Notes under the pieces: generated by a model | Told to the model about the DNA's origin: nothing | Database searches by the model: none | Seen by the model: the letters and a program-made list of their open reading frames with translations, nothing else | Assembly (NCBI RefSeq): GCF_044704955.1 | Contig: NC_091980.1 | Coordinates: 128,464,001-128,528,000, forward strand | Direction: 5' to 3' | Source: Pristiophorus japonicus | Taxonomy: Eukaryota | DNA: 64,000 nucleotides | Translations under genes and position numbers: made by a program | Part shown: piece by piece, positions 43,001 through 61,234 of the stretch | How the letters are laid out: each line of letters starts with the position of its first letter | Position numbering within the stretch: the stretch's first letter is position 1

Positions 43001-44711
43001 TGATATAGATTTTGACTTTGGCCCCTTTGAAAGTGCCCACACCTGGTGAAAGAGATGTTCAAATCGCTTTATAACTGTTGAGCAGGAGGTCCGTTCCTCT
43101 AGTGACATGGCATGGACATCATCCCATTTCCAGTTTAGTTTTGCCAGCCAGCTTCTCCCCAGCAGTGCTGGGGGGTCTCTGGGGACAATCCACAGGAGAA
43201 GTCGGTTTACTGTCCCTTTGTGTGTGACAGAGAGCATGGCGCTGCTGAGGGCTGGTACGATTTCTTTGGTATAGGTCCTTAATTTGGTGTCGACCCTTGT
43301 GAGTTTTGGTCTGTCTCTTTTATGCGGTCACAGTTGTTCAAATTGTTGAGCTCCCATGAGAGATTGACTCGCTCCCGTATCCAGCTCCATGTTAACAGAT
43401 ATCCCGTTGAGTAGGACCCTCATCATTATAGGAGGCGTCCTGTTGTAGGAGCAGCAGCCATTGATCCTGTTGACCCGCTGTACATCGGTGTCCCGGGTAC
43501 TGTCCCCACCATCTTCTGGTCCGCTTTCCGACCCATCTGATTCGTATACCAGCCGAGCTGCCGTTTTCTTGCACATGCGGGCCAAATGCCCTGTATATTT
43601 ACAATTTCTGCAAACAGCCTGCCGAAATCGACATCCCCTTGATGAGTGCCCACCCCCACACCGCCAGCACAGACCTGTTCTGCGTCTGGCTGATCTCTCT
43701 TGAGCTTCTCTCAGTTTGTAGTTGATTGCTCGCATTGTGGGTTGATGAGGTGTGAACGGCCGTTCCTGTGGCCCTTGATGGCTTCTGCCTGCTGTCGAGA
43801 GCCTGTTCTCCCGGTTTTGTCTGTGTGTGTGGGTAGCAGCTTGTTTAGTGCTGTGAACTTCTTGTTCCGATATTTTGTTAGTTGTCGTACCTGCATTGTA
43901 AATCAACCTCGTTTCTTCTTCCTCTACCAAGAATGTCTGTGCAACCAGTGCTGCTGCCTCTAAGGTCAGGTTCTTGGTCTCTATGAGCTTTAAGAATATG
44001 TCTGCGTGGCCTATTCCTTCAATGAAAAAATCTCTCAGCATTTCTCTCCTCAGTTCATCGGAGAACTCACATAAACTAGCCAACCTCCGAAGTTCTGCCA
44101 CGAAGTCGGGTATGCTCTGGCCCACACAGCGTCTGTAGTTGTAGAACCTGTGTCTGGCCATGTGTAGGCTGCTCGCTGGCTTCAGGTGGTCTCTTACCAG
44201 TGTGCTCAATTCTTCAAACGACTTGCTTGCTGGTTTCTCGGGTGCCAACAGATCCTTCATTAAAGCAGATGTTTTCGAGCCACAGCTGGTCAAGAGATGG
44301 GCTCTTCTCTTGTCTGCCTTATCGTTGCCTAACCAGTCTTTGCTTACAAAGCTTTGCTGGAGCCTTTCTATAAAGTCCTCCCAATTGTCTCCCGCATTGT
44401 ACTTTTAATCTGATCCATTGTTCGCCATTCTGTGGATTCTGTAATCCCGTAACTCGTTGCCACTGTAAAGTCCTGTCCACTCAGTACAGATTCACACGAG
44501 GCATATAGTGAAGTCAAGGTCACTCTGGACCTGCACCTTTATTTCACAGCTCTGGAATGCTGCACTTGCCTCAGACCTGTCCTTATATACCTGTCTCTTG
44601 CCAGTGCACCCCTGGTGGTAAGGTATGCTGGTGGTTACAGGTCATATCTTATTATAGTCATGTATAGCATGTTAGGATACAGTTATATATAATAATGTAC
44701 GATACATGACA
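40015..44711 (-). mobile_element. Gypsy (Mag-like) LTR element D, youngest in window but disrupted
   Basis: LTRs 40015-40262 and 44464-44711 (9 differences in ~248 bp by eye); PBS TGGCAACGAG; PPT GGGGGAGGGTGA; gag-protease (ELDTGAS), RT (FQDD), RNase H, integrase split by frameshifts; no TSD. Confidence 0.92.
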
Positions 44712-46137
44712 TCAAGCAGCGAAAACAATATACTAAATTGCAAGGAGTACAATTAATTTGCTGTTTAAACTGGAAGGAGTGTTTGGTGCTCTGAACAGTG
44801 GGAAGAGGAGCATCCTATTCAATAAGTATCTCCTGCATTTAAACAGGAATGTACCGTGGGAAAGGAAGGGGGTCTTTTGGGTGATTGAGGACCAGAGTGT
44901 CACGGCCAGACAGGTCACTTCACAATGCTGAAAGGGGAGGGAAAGGGAAGATGTGTTAGCGAGTAGGGTTGCCCGAGGTGGCAGAAAAGGCAGAGGATGA
45001 TTCGTTGAATGTGGACGCTCCTGGTAAGGAAGGTGAGGACAAGGGGAACTGCATCGTGGATCTGCGAGTGAGGGAAAGGGGTTGGAGTATAACGATGGGA
45101 AATGGAGTCCAGCGGCACTGGCAGGCATTCATGTGAGCATTGATCAGGAGGCCAAGTTATTCGGTCATGATCGGAGCGGGCAGAAGAGAAGCTGTCCCAG
45201 AACCACCACACGAGGGTATCCACACTAACCAATGAAGCTGTGACAGCAAGCTGATACCAATTATTGCTTTCCCTCCTCATCCAATTGTCCCCGGGGTTCA
45301 ATGCACTCGGACACTGGTGGTCTGTACAGCAGCTGCTAGTCTGCATACAAAGCTTAACAGGAAGTCTACAGCAGCAATGGTGAGTTCAGTTACTAAACAA
45401 CCTGCAATAATAACTGAACAGGATCTACAGCAGTGACTGAATACAAACTGCTAATTCCAGGGCCAATATACTTATTTAATAAGATGCTAATCCTGGACTT
45501 TTTCCTTTACTGATCTGAAATGGTAAGACTGATTGAGCAGGAAATATTGCTGGTGTTTAACTTATGTTACAGCAACCTTTATTTTGTGGTATGGAGTTAT
45601 CAGTTATGTAATGGTAGAGAGAATGTTCACTCGTGGGAACAGGTATTTTTAATCTGCTGACTAAATACCACGCTCTGCCATTCCCTCTCTGAACCTATTT
45701 AAGACACTCCCTAAAACCTACCTCTGACCATGATTTGTCTCTCCTCAGTCAATATCTTATGTGGCTGTTAACAGTCTGAACACACCCTCAACCATTTCAC
45801 ACCCTGCAACAAGTGTCTGAATATACAACTCAAACCCCAGAGGAAAAACAAATTTCATACAACTGAAACCCATAACACTGTTGCACAACTCAGTGTAATT
45901 CTTGTCTGATGTCAGTCATGTTATTTTTAATTTAACAACCACTCAAACATACAAGGAGACAAAACCCAGTCCAATGTTGAACAGTTTATTTACAGTAATG
46001 TTACATTTCACACGAAGAGCCTCAGTCTCAGATCTTTGTCCAACATCACAAGCCATCATTCCTTACAGAACAGGGGTCCCAGTTATTATACATCCAAGTA
46101 CTAAACACAATAATCTTGATCCAGTCAGTCAGACAGT

Positions 46138-48824
<2,687 letters not shown>

Positions 48825-48842
48825 CTTGATACTTTTTCCCAA

Positions 48843-49062
48843 AACAAAGTTTGTTGAAGCACCAAACTAAGATTTAACCAACCGCAAACTCCTGTATTTA
48901 TACTGCTGGATAATCCAGGGTGTGGCAGGTGAGATGATAAATGACATTCCTCATTACCCAATCAGATATTGCAGCCTCTCAGAGCACCAATCAACTAAAG
49001 GGAGGAGGGGAGCTGGACTCCCAGAGCCAGTCAGATCTTTGATGAATTAGCATCATTGGTTG
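48843..49062 (-). promoter_or_regulatory. Ferritin copy 4 promoter and degenerate IRE
   Basis: TATAAATA at 48902-48895; CCAAT boxes; IRE remnant GTGCTTCAACAAACTTTG within 48868-48843. Confidence 0.68.
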
Positions 49063-50658
49063 ACAACTCAATGAGGATCTCAACTGTCCTAACTTTCCTC
49101 AAACACAGTTCAAATATTCAGAATCACAGGTTGAAAGGAATCCTCTACTCTTTAGGCTAATCAATTGGGAAAAAATTAAAACATGTGTCCCCTTTATAAG
49201 GATGAATAAACAATAAGTTCCAAATATGACAAAACTAACAAGCACTTTTCAAATTATAATTTAGTTCCCTGTATCCACGCTGCACTCCAGTCCCTCTGGT
49301 GCCCACCGTTCATGGAAAGCCTCCAACATACCGGCAGACACCGAGTGGTCCCTCTCCAGGGACACACGGGCACGGACATAGCCGCAGAAGAGAGACAGGC
49401 AGACGGAGAGAACACCCCATCGACCGTGCTCTGCCTGGACCAGTTAATGGCCACCTTGAAAGGTTCATTGAATCCTCTGTTGTTTGCGAGTTAGTGTCTT
49501 TTTAATAGTTCTGGATGGTTGTGTGGATTGGTCATTTGAAGGTATCTGCGATTTTCTGCAACATCCAAACAGATCAGTGAGTGTGCAAAGGAACCAACAG
49601 TGGGTCAGATGAATTCAAAGTGCTCGTCATCAATGTGTCAAACACAAGTGCTCAGATATTCCATCACTTCCATGTTTCGTGAGCACCAGTACACACATCA
49701 GCTAGAATGTGGAAGGGACCATAGGATGTTCAGTTTGTGTTTTTTATCATTAAATTTTAGAAGCAATGAAATAGACTGCAGGCCAAAACGGAAGACTTGC
49801 ATTTATATAGCACCTTTCACAATCTCAGGCTGACCCTGACCGCTTCACAGCCAATGAAGTACATTTTGAAGCACAGTGACTGTTGTAATGTAGGAAATAT
49901 GGCAGCCAATTTGCACGCAGCAAGGCCCCACAAACAGCAAGGTGAACATGACCACATTATCTGTTTTCAGTGACATTGGTTGAGGAATAAATATTGGGCA
50001 GGTCACCGGGGATAACTCCCCTGCTCTTCTTCAAAGTATTGCTATGGGATCTGTTATGTCCAGCTCAGAGGGCAGTCAGGGCCACGGTTGAAACTCCCTC
50101 ATGACTGCACTGTAGTGTCAGCCGAGATTCTGTGTTCACATCTCTGGAGTGGGGACTTGAACCCACAACCTTCTGACTCAGAGACGAGAGTGCTACCCAC
50201 TGAGTCCACCTGACTGATGCCCGAAACAAAAAGCTCTCAGTTACCCACTCTGCCAATAACTAACTCAATCATCTGTGAAATCTCCAATTTATCTGCCTCC
50301 GGTGATCCCAGTCTCATCTCTCGTGTTAGACTACGTGTTAGAGCTGAGCGCAGAGAGTGGTTGGGAAATATGAAACAAGATTGATACAAACAGCAGGAGC
50401 TTGAGCCAAATGCTGCACAGCAAGGGGAAGACAGGCTGAAGAGATGGAGAAAGCAGCCAGGTAACTGTAGGAGGAACTACTGGAGATTTGGTCTCATTGC
50501 TTTGAACTTCGTAACATGCCCAAGTTTGGATGTCGCTGGCAAGGCCGACATTCATTGCCTTTCCCTAGTTGCCCTGAGAAGGTGCTGGTGAGACTCCTTC
50601 TTTGAACCATGTTCAGGTACTCAATGGTTGAGAGACACCTTGCTCGGTCACTTCAGAG

Positions 50659-51916
50659 AACATTTGCTGGAATTTTTTGAGGCTGTAACAAACAGGATGG
50701 ATAAAGGGGAACCAGTGGATGTGGTGTATTTGGAATTCCAGAAGGTATTTGACAAGTTGCCACATAAAAGGTTATTGCTCAAGATAAAAGTTCACAGGGT
50801 TGGGGGTAATATATTAGCATGCATAGAGGATTGGCTAACTAACAGAAAACAGAGAGTCGAGATAAATGGTTCATTCTCTGGTTGGCAATCAGTAACTAGT
50901 GGGGTGCCGCAGTGATCAGTGCTGGGCCGCCAACTATTTACAATCTATATTAACGACTTGGCAGAAAGGACTGAGTGTAATGTAGCCAAGTTTGCTGATG
51001 ATACAAAGATGGGAGGAAAAGCAATGTGTGAGGAGGACACAAAAATACATAGACAGGCTAAGTGAATGGAGAAAATTTGACAGATGGAGTATAATGTTGG
51101 AAAGTGTGAGGTCATGTACTTTGGCAGAATAAAATCAAAGAGCAATATATTGTTTAAATGGAAAATAGATTGCAAAATGCTTCAGTACAGTGGGATCTGG
51201 GGATACTTGTGCATGAAACATAAGAGGATAGTATGCAGGTATAGCACGTGATTAGGAAGGCCAATGGAATCTTGGCCTTTATTGCAAAGGGGATGGAGTA
51301 TAAAAGCAGGGAAGTCTTACTACAGCTCTACAGGGTATTGCTGAGGCCACACCTAAAATACTGCGTACAGTTTTGGTTTCCATATTTACAAAAGGGTGTA
51401 CTTGCTTTGGAGGCAATTCAGAGAAAGTTCACTAGGTTGATTCCAGAGATGAGGGGGTTGACATATGAGGAAAGGTTGAGAAGGTTGTGCCTCTACTCAT
51501 TGGAATTCAGAAGAATGAGAGGTGATCTTATCGAAACATATAAGATTATGAGGGGGCTTGATAAGGTGGATGCAGAAGGGATGTTTCCACTGATGGGGGA
51601 GACTAGAACTAGGGAGCATGATCTTAGAATAAGGGGCTGCCCATTTAAAACTGAGATGAGGAGTAATTTCTTCTCTCAGAGGGTTGTAAATCTGAGGAAT
51701 TTGCTGCCTCAGAGAGCTGTGGAAGCTGGGACATTGAATAAACTTAAGACAGAAATAGACAGTTTCTTAAACGATAAGTGGATAAGGGGTTATGAGGAGC
51801 GGGCAGCGAAGTGGAGCTGAGTCCATGATCAGATCAGCCATGAACTTATTGAATGGTGGAGCAGGCTCGTGGGGCCATATGGTCTACTCCTGTTCCTATT
51901 TCTTATGTTCTTATGT
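50659..51916 (+). mobile_element. CR1 LINE 3' fragment inserted into a SINE
   Basis: VDVVYLEFQKVFDK, SGVPQ, FADD, YRVLLRPHLKYCVQFW; (TTCTTATG)n tail. Confidence 0.9.
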
Positions 51917-53024
51917 AAGAACCAACCACATTACTGTGCAAATGGAGTCATATATAAGCCAGACTGGGTAAGGACAGCAGGTCTCCTTCCCTAAAAGGAA
52001 ATTAGTGAGCCAGTTGGATTTTTACAACAATCCGAAAAGTCCATGGTTACTGATATCAGGTTGTTTTACATTTTAAACTGAATCCAAATGATGGTGGGAT
52101 TTAAACTCACATTCCGTGTATTATTGGTCCAGGCCTCTGGATTAATCGTCCAGTAGCATAACCACTGCACTATTCTACCTCGAACATATAGCTGAACAAA
52201 GGCTGAATCTCCTCTTTTCCTCTTTGAGTCAGGGAGGTTTAAAGGCTGCAATGAGACTGAGGTGATTCCGCACCTATTACATCCTGGTAACCACCGGTAT
52301 TTGAATTCAAACAACAGTTTAGTTAATTCATAACTGAGGGAAAGGCTCATATCCATTAATTGCAAATTCACTATTTTGGTCCATTATCGTCAATAATTAC
52401 ATTTAGATGAATATGACTGGAAGAGAATATTGCACAATGTTAAATCATTCTCTGTGATCATTGGCCTAGTTCACAGAGGCTGGTAGTATATAGATTAGCA
52501 GTTTACATTAAGATATCTAACTATGTTACCAATTCTTCCTTTCCATATGATATGTGCATTTAGTGAGGCCTCATCCAGCGTTCCTTTTGCTTTGGTTCGA
52601 CACCAGTTTCAGCGAACACTTTCCTGCTGTTCCCAAAATAGAAAGACTCTCAGCAGTAATTCTTGGGGGTTGTCTTTTCAGAAGGTGCAGACTCTGTACT
52701 GTAACAGTACGCCCTTGGCAAAGTGGTTCAAACATGAGGGGCAAGGTCTTACCGTGACCAGATTACACTGAAATCTCTTTCTCCAGTTCACCCAACTTTA
52801 AAACCAGTTAAAGGCTAAGATTAGAATTGTAGCTATGACCATCTTAGGCCACCACTGAACCAAAGGCAATATTCTGGAGGGGAAGAGATTAAAACAGCCA
52901 CATGCCCAAGCAAATCAGGTTTGATCAAGCTCACAATCAAATTCTCAGCAGTAGTAATTCTTATTTAATGCAAGGTCACACGGCATTGATCTGAAAATGT
53001 GTTCAGTTACTTAAAAGAAGAAAA

Positions 53025-54210
53025 GGAACAAAAGCAAAATACTGCGGGTGCTGGAAATCTGAAAGAAAAACAGAAAATGCTGGAAATACTCAACAGGTCA
53101 GGCAGCATCTGTGGAGAGAGAAACAGAGTTATCGTTTCAGGATGACATTTCACCAGAATTGGAAAAGGTTAGTGATGTAACAGATTTTAAGCAAGTGCAG
53201 GGGCAGGGAAAGGGGTGGGGGAGGGGAGGAAAGAACAAAAGGGAAGGTCTGTGATAGGGCGGAAGGCCGGAATGATTAAATGACAAAAGGTATGAAAGTA
53301 CAAAGCAAAAGGAGATGCAATGGGACAAGTAAAGGAACAAAAGATGGGTCTAGAAGAGGTGTAAATGGGTGCAGCAGGATCATCAACAGCTGCTATCTGA
53401 AAAACATATGGACAGAGGTTCTGATCTGAAATTGTTGAACTCGATGTTGAGTCCAGAAGGTTGTAACGTGCCTAATAAAAAGCTGAGGAGCTTATGTTGA
53501 GCTTCACTAGAACAGTGCAAGAGGCTGAGGACAGAGAGGTCAGATTGAGAGCGGAATGGAGAATTAACTTTACAGACGATTGGAAAATCTGGGTCACAAT
53601 TGCGGACTGAACAGAGGTATTTCGCAAAGCGGTCACCCAATCTGCATTTGCTCTTCCCAGTGTAGAGGAGACCACATCGTGAGCTGCGAATAGAGTATAC
53701 TAAATTGAATTGAAGTACAAGTAAATCGCTGTTTTACCTGGAAGGAGTGTTTGAGGATCTGAACAGTGGGATGGGAGGAGATAAAAGAGCAGGTGTTGCA
53801 TCTCCTTCACAGGAATGTGCTGCAGGAAAGGGAGGGAGTGTTGGAGGTGATTGAGGAGTGGACCAGGGTGTCACGGAGGGAGAGGTCCCTTAGGAATGCT
53901 GAAAGGGGAGGGGAAGGTAAGTGGTGGAAATGGTGGATGATTATCCATTGAATGTGATGGCTGGTGGGGTAAAAGTTGTGGACAAGGGGAACAGTATTGT
54001 GGTTCTGGGAGGGAGGGAAGGGGTGAGAGCAGAGCTGTGGGAAATGGACAGACATGATCAAGAGCCATGTCCACCACGGAGAGGATATGGAGTTGAAACC
54101 TCAGCTCAGGGTCAAATTGGATAGCATGGTTGTGAACAGTCTGGTTCAACCTCAGATAGTGGCCAGGAAGAGGGATGGAGTCCGTGGTTGGGGAACGGAG
54201 TTTGTGGCGG
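53025..54210 (-). mobile_element. Penelope-like element fragment
   Basis: GDRFAKYLCSVRN..QSDLSVL..FLLGTLQPSGLNIEF GIY-YIG C-terminus. Confidence 0.7.
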
Positions 54211-54403
54211 GGAAATAAATACCTGATTTTTGTTGTAATACTTTTATTGAATGGATACAACAAAGTTTGTTGTGCAGCTGACGACACTCTAGAAATATTA
54301 TAGAATAGTGCAAGAGATTGACCTGTTGTGAAACCATATTCGAGAATACTAACACTCATTAAACCATGGGGCATTAGGAGGTTAGACACACCTCGTATAA
54401 ATT

Positions 54404-56070
54404 CTGTTCCTGGGGGTGATGGTGCACTCCAGTCCCTCCGGCGTCCACCTCTCACGCAAGGCCGCGAGCGTACCGGTGGACACCCTGGCTTGAACGTAAC
54501 CATGGAATAGAGGCAGGCAGTAGGGATGAACACCACCCTCGACCACCCGCTGACTGGACCGGTTAATGGCCACCTTGGCAATGCCCAGCAGCAGTCCTAT
54601 AAGGAAGCTTTCCGACCTACCTACTCGCCTTCGCACAGAATGCCCAAAGATCAGTCGTGTGGGACTGAAGGCCAGAAATTTAACTGGACCAGCCACATAA
54701 ATACTGTGGCAACAAGACCAGTCAGAGGCTGGGTATTTGATGTTGAGTGTCTTACCTCCTGATAACCCAAAGCCTTTCCACCATCTACAAGGCACAAGTC
54801 AGGAGTGCGATGGAATACTCTCCACTTGCAGCTCCAACAATTCCCCAGAAGATCAATACCATCCCTGACAAAGCAGGGCACTTGATTGGCACCCCATCCA
54901 TCACCGTCAATAACTCTTTTTGGGGAGTACAAATAAACATTAGATCAAGTGCCCCCCGATCTGGGGGACACTCCAGACACTTATAACAGCCCTCTTTTTT
55001 TGTTTTTTTGGGGTTTTTTTTTGTATTTTTGTCGGGTTTTTTTTGTGTTTTTTTTTAGGGCATTAAAATTCAATATTTTACAAGTGCCCCTATAAAAGTG
55101 GAGGGGGACACTAAAACCCCGGCAATGAAAACAAATTAAACTTTAAAACATAAAATCAAATTAAAATTTGGTTGCCGGGGGTGATGATGCACTCCAGTCC
55201 CTCATCGCCCATCTCTCGCGGAAGGACGCGAGCGTACCAGTGGAGGCGCGTGCTCCATCTCTCTTGACACCCTGGCCCGAATGTAGGCATGGAAGAGAGG
55301 CAGGCAGTCAGGCTGAACGACCCCCTCGACCGCCCGCTGCCTGGACCAGTTAATGGTCACCTTGGCAATGCCCAGCAGACTCCTACAAGGAAGCCTTCCG
55401 ACCTACCCACTCGCCTTCGCACAGAATGCCCAAAGATCAGTAGCGTGGAACTGAAGGCCAGAAATTTAACTGGACCAGCCACATAAATACTGTGGCAACA
55501 AGACCGGTCAGAGGCTGGGTATTTTGTGTTGAGTGTCTCACCTCCTGATAACCCAAAGCCTTTCCACCATCTACAAGGCACAAGTCAGGAGTGCGATGGA
55601 ATACTCTCCACTTGCCTAGATGAGTGCAGCTCCAACAATTCCCCAGAAGCTCAACACCATCCCTGACAAAGCAGCCCACTTAATTGGCACCTCATCCATC
55701 ACCGACAACATTCACTGCCTCTACCACCGGCGTACCATGGTTGCAGTGTGTACCATTGACAGGATGCACTGCAGCAATTCAATAAGGCTTCTTCAGCAGC
55801 ATCTGCCAACCCGCGAGCTCTACCAACTAGAAGGACATGGGCACCATGTGCATGGGAACACTATCACCTGCAATTTCCCCTGCAAGTTGTAAATATATCG
55901 CCGTTGGGTCAAAATCATGATACTCCCTCCGTAACAGCACTGTGGATGTACCTTCACCACAGGACTGCAAGAAGGCAGCTTACCACCACGTTTCCATGGG
56001 CAATTAGGGAGGGGCAATAAATGCTAGCCTTTCCACTGATGCCCACAACCCACAACAAATTTTTGAAAAA
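54404..56070. mobile_element. Tx1(-)/LINE(+) composite with duplicated junction: Tx1 54404-54670, LINE 54671-54910, Tx1 54912-55456, LINE 55457-56070
   Basis: FSPT.LIFGHSVRR..AKVAINRS Tx1 frame twice; junction ACTGAAG|GCCAGAAATTTAACTGGACC twice. Confidence 0.75.
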
Positions 56071-57254
56071 AAAGACATTAACATGGATAGACGAAAGATT
56101 GCGATATAATTGCACCCAGTGCAATTCTCAGCAAAGTTGCTCAAATAACTTGCAAACACTGGAATATTGCAGCTCCAGAATCAACAACATTTGAATCCAT
56201 TCATGAATGAGAAGGGGACAAAGAGAGCCAAGGGAATTTGGAAAGGATGATTGCTGTTTGGTATGAATTGCACAACAGGACTAAATGCAAATATGGAGGA
56301 GCTGCTAGTATTGAGTTATAAGTTGATGGAACAGTTATCTATTTTAATGTCAGTGTTTTTCTTCATACATTTACTCCTTCCAGAGAATCATAATTTGATA
56401 TATCCAATGATCCAAGAGACAAAACCTACCCTGGCAGCTGCATAATTTAAATTTTGTTAAATAAAAACATCTAAAAATAAAAGCAATTATCAGTACCGGT
56501 GTTCAAGAAACCCATATCATTAATGTTTAGGAAAGGAAATCTGTCGACTTACACGGGACTCCATACCCATAGCCATGTGGTTTGATGCTTAACTGCCCAA
56601 GCAAGCCACTCAGTTGTACCAGGTGACAAACGCTCAAGGGCAATTGGAGATAGAAATAAATGCTGGCCTTAAGATCAGACATTGCTGATCTGTATGATGT
56701 CACTTGCCCTTTGCCCACATAGTTCAAGAGGAAGTTTATAGCAGCAGTGTGTTTAGTTTACTAAGCTATCCACAGTTCTCACTCTGAATGCAAAAAAGGT
56801 AAGTTAGATAAACACAGGAATAAGAAAGGAATAGAAAGATATGCTAATAGGTCCAAAACAAACACCAGTTTTCTGTGCAATTCTGAAAACACAGGCAGAT
56901 GTAAAGTTTTTGATAGTGAGAGCCAAAGACAATTTGGGAAATAGTAAGCTGTCAATCACAGGCCGACTCATGGCCAATTAATGTATGAAATTTCAAACTA
57001 AATCCTTATGCAATGCTTTTATATGAGCAAAGTCACATTAATCAAAAAATAAGTAACTGCTCAAACATACAAAAAAAAAGACAAAACCCAGTCCGATGTT
57101 GAACAGTTTATTTACAGTTATGCTACATTTCACATCAGGAGCCCAGATCTCAGAGCTCTTTGTACAAAGTCACAAGCCATCATTCCCAACAGCACAGGGG
57201 TCCCAATTATATAAATTGGGAGTACTAAACACAATAAGCTTGATCCCAATCAGT

Positions 57255-59325
<2,071 letters not shown>

Positions 59326-59348
59326 CTTATTTTTTTTAAATATTGAAG

Positions 59349-59550
59349 TCTAAACTTTGATGAAGTACCAAACTAAGATTTAATCAACCTCAAACCCTTG
59401 TATTTATACTGCTGGATAATCCAGGGCGCGGCAGCCTAGATAAATGTCCAATCAGAAGTTGCAGCCTCTCAGAGCACCAATCAAGTAAAGGGAGGAGGGA
59501 AATGGATTCTCAGAGCCAGTCAGATCTTTGACGAATGAGCATCATTGGTT
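59349..59550 (-). promoter_or_regulatory. Ferritin copy 5 promoter and degenerate IRE
   Basis: TATAAATA at 59408-59401; CCAAT boxes; IRE remnant GTACTTCATCAAAGTTTAGA within 59374-59349. Confidence 0.65.
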
Positions 59551-60135
59551 GACAACTCAATAAGGATCACAATTGTCCTGAACACAGTTCAAATATCCAG
59601 AATCACAAGTTTAATTGAATCCTCTACTCTTTAGGCAAATCAATTCACAGAATCATAGAATGGTTGCAGCAGGAAAGAAAGCCATTCGGCCCATTGAGCC
59701 TGTGCCAACTCGCAGATAGGCCCACTGCCCTAATTGGGATGATTAAATCAGCTATCGGAAACATTTAAATCATAATTGCCCCCTTTATAAGGGGGAATAA
59801 ATAATAAGTCCAACTGGTGAAAATACTAACATAAAACATTTTAGTTCCCTGTATCTACGCTGCACTCCAGTCCCTCTGGTGCCCATCGGTCACAGAAAGC
59901 CTCAAGCCTCGGCAGACACTCTCCAGGGACACCTGGGTACGAACATAGCCGTGGTAGAGAGGCAGGCAGACGGAGAGATCACCCCATCGACCGCGCTCTG
60001 ATCGGACCAGATAATGGCCACCTTGACATCCTCTGTTGTTTGCGAGTCAGTGTTTTTTCAATGGTTCTGTGGGTTGGTCATTTGCAGGTATTTGCAGGTT
60101 TGATGCAACATTCAAACAGATCAGTGAGTCTGCAA

Positions 60136-61234
60136 CTACTTTTGTGAAACAATAAATCAATTGTCCCCTTTAAAGGGGCACTAGGACTGAAAAATTAACC
60201 AATAAAACTTTCTGAACAATAAAAGGTCAAATTAAAATTGGTTGCTGGGGTGATGATGCATTCAGTCCCTCCGCTGCCCGCCTCTCGCCGAAGGCCATGA
60301 ACGTACTGGTGGACACCGCTTGCTCCATTTCCAGGGACACCCCTCACTCGAATGTAACCGCGGAAGAGAGGCAGGCAGTTGGGCTGAACGACCCTCTCAA
60401 CCGCCCGCTGCCTGGACCGGTTAATGGCCACCTTGGCCATGCCCAGCACCAGTCCTATGAGGAGTCCTTCCGACCTGCCCACTCCCTACCACACAGGATG
60501 CCCAAAGATCAGGAGCGTTGCACAGACGTGCAACCGAATTTGAGGAGCAGCCCCTTCAAATATTGAGGGAGGGACTGCAACTCATACATTTGACATAAAT
60601 ATAGAACAGGGAGTCCTCCAGACCACAGAAATTACAGGCAGCCTGGGAATCCGTGAACCGATTTAAAAATCGATTGCACGGGACTGCCCCATGCAACACC
60701 CTCCAGGTTAAGTCCCCAATAAATAAAGAGAGGACTCCGGCGTAGAGAGCACTCCATTGGAGATCCCCGCCTCCACCGGTGGCAAGATGGTGCGCCAAGG
60801 CATGTCCAGACGGCAGATGAGGATGTCAAAGTGGAGAGTGTACCAGAGCAGCCTGTACTGGAATCCCCTCCGTGCAGTACTGAAAGACGCAGAGGGGATT
60901 TCCTGAAGGAGGCTCAAGTTGTGAGGCGCCGGCTCCCGAGGGAGGTTTCGGGGCTTGCCGCTGATGAGGAATTCCGTCCGGACGGGGGTCAGTTCGGTTG
61001 GGATCGCCCCACATGCTTAGGCATCCTCGACACACCTAACGGAGTCAGGGTGCAGTGCTGCTTTTAGCGACTCGATGGCATTGGCCGCGCGCCAGACGTC
61101 GGCCCAGGATAGGCACCATGCCAGCTCCTCTGGCGCCATCCAGCCCGCTCCTCCGCCATCCAGTAGGTCCCTGGCTCTGGTCACCTTGCCAAACCCATCC
61201 CTCTTGTCCGCCTGCCACCTAAAACCGTGCTTCG
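60136..61234 (-). mobile_element. 5'-truncated Tx1-like LINE with 12-bp TSD
   Basis: zf-RVT-type WRVLHGAVPCN..CNFCGLEDSLF, AKVAINRSRQ; TSD GTGAGTCTGCAA at 60124-60135 and 61235-61246. Confidence 0.85.

Noticed and set aside
40290-44293. Long gag/pol ORFs as a domesticated or active gene
   Set aside because: Frameshifts and stops between domains, within paired LTRs.
53871-54581. 236-aa minus-strand ORF
   Set aside because: Chance read-through across Tx1, spacer and Penelope fragments.
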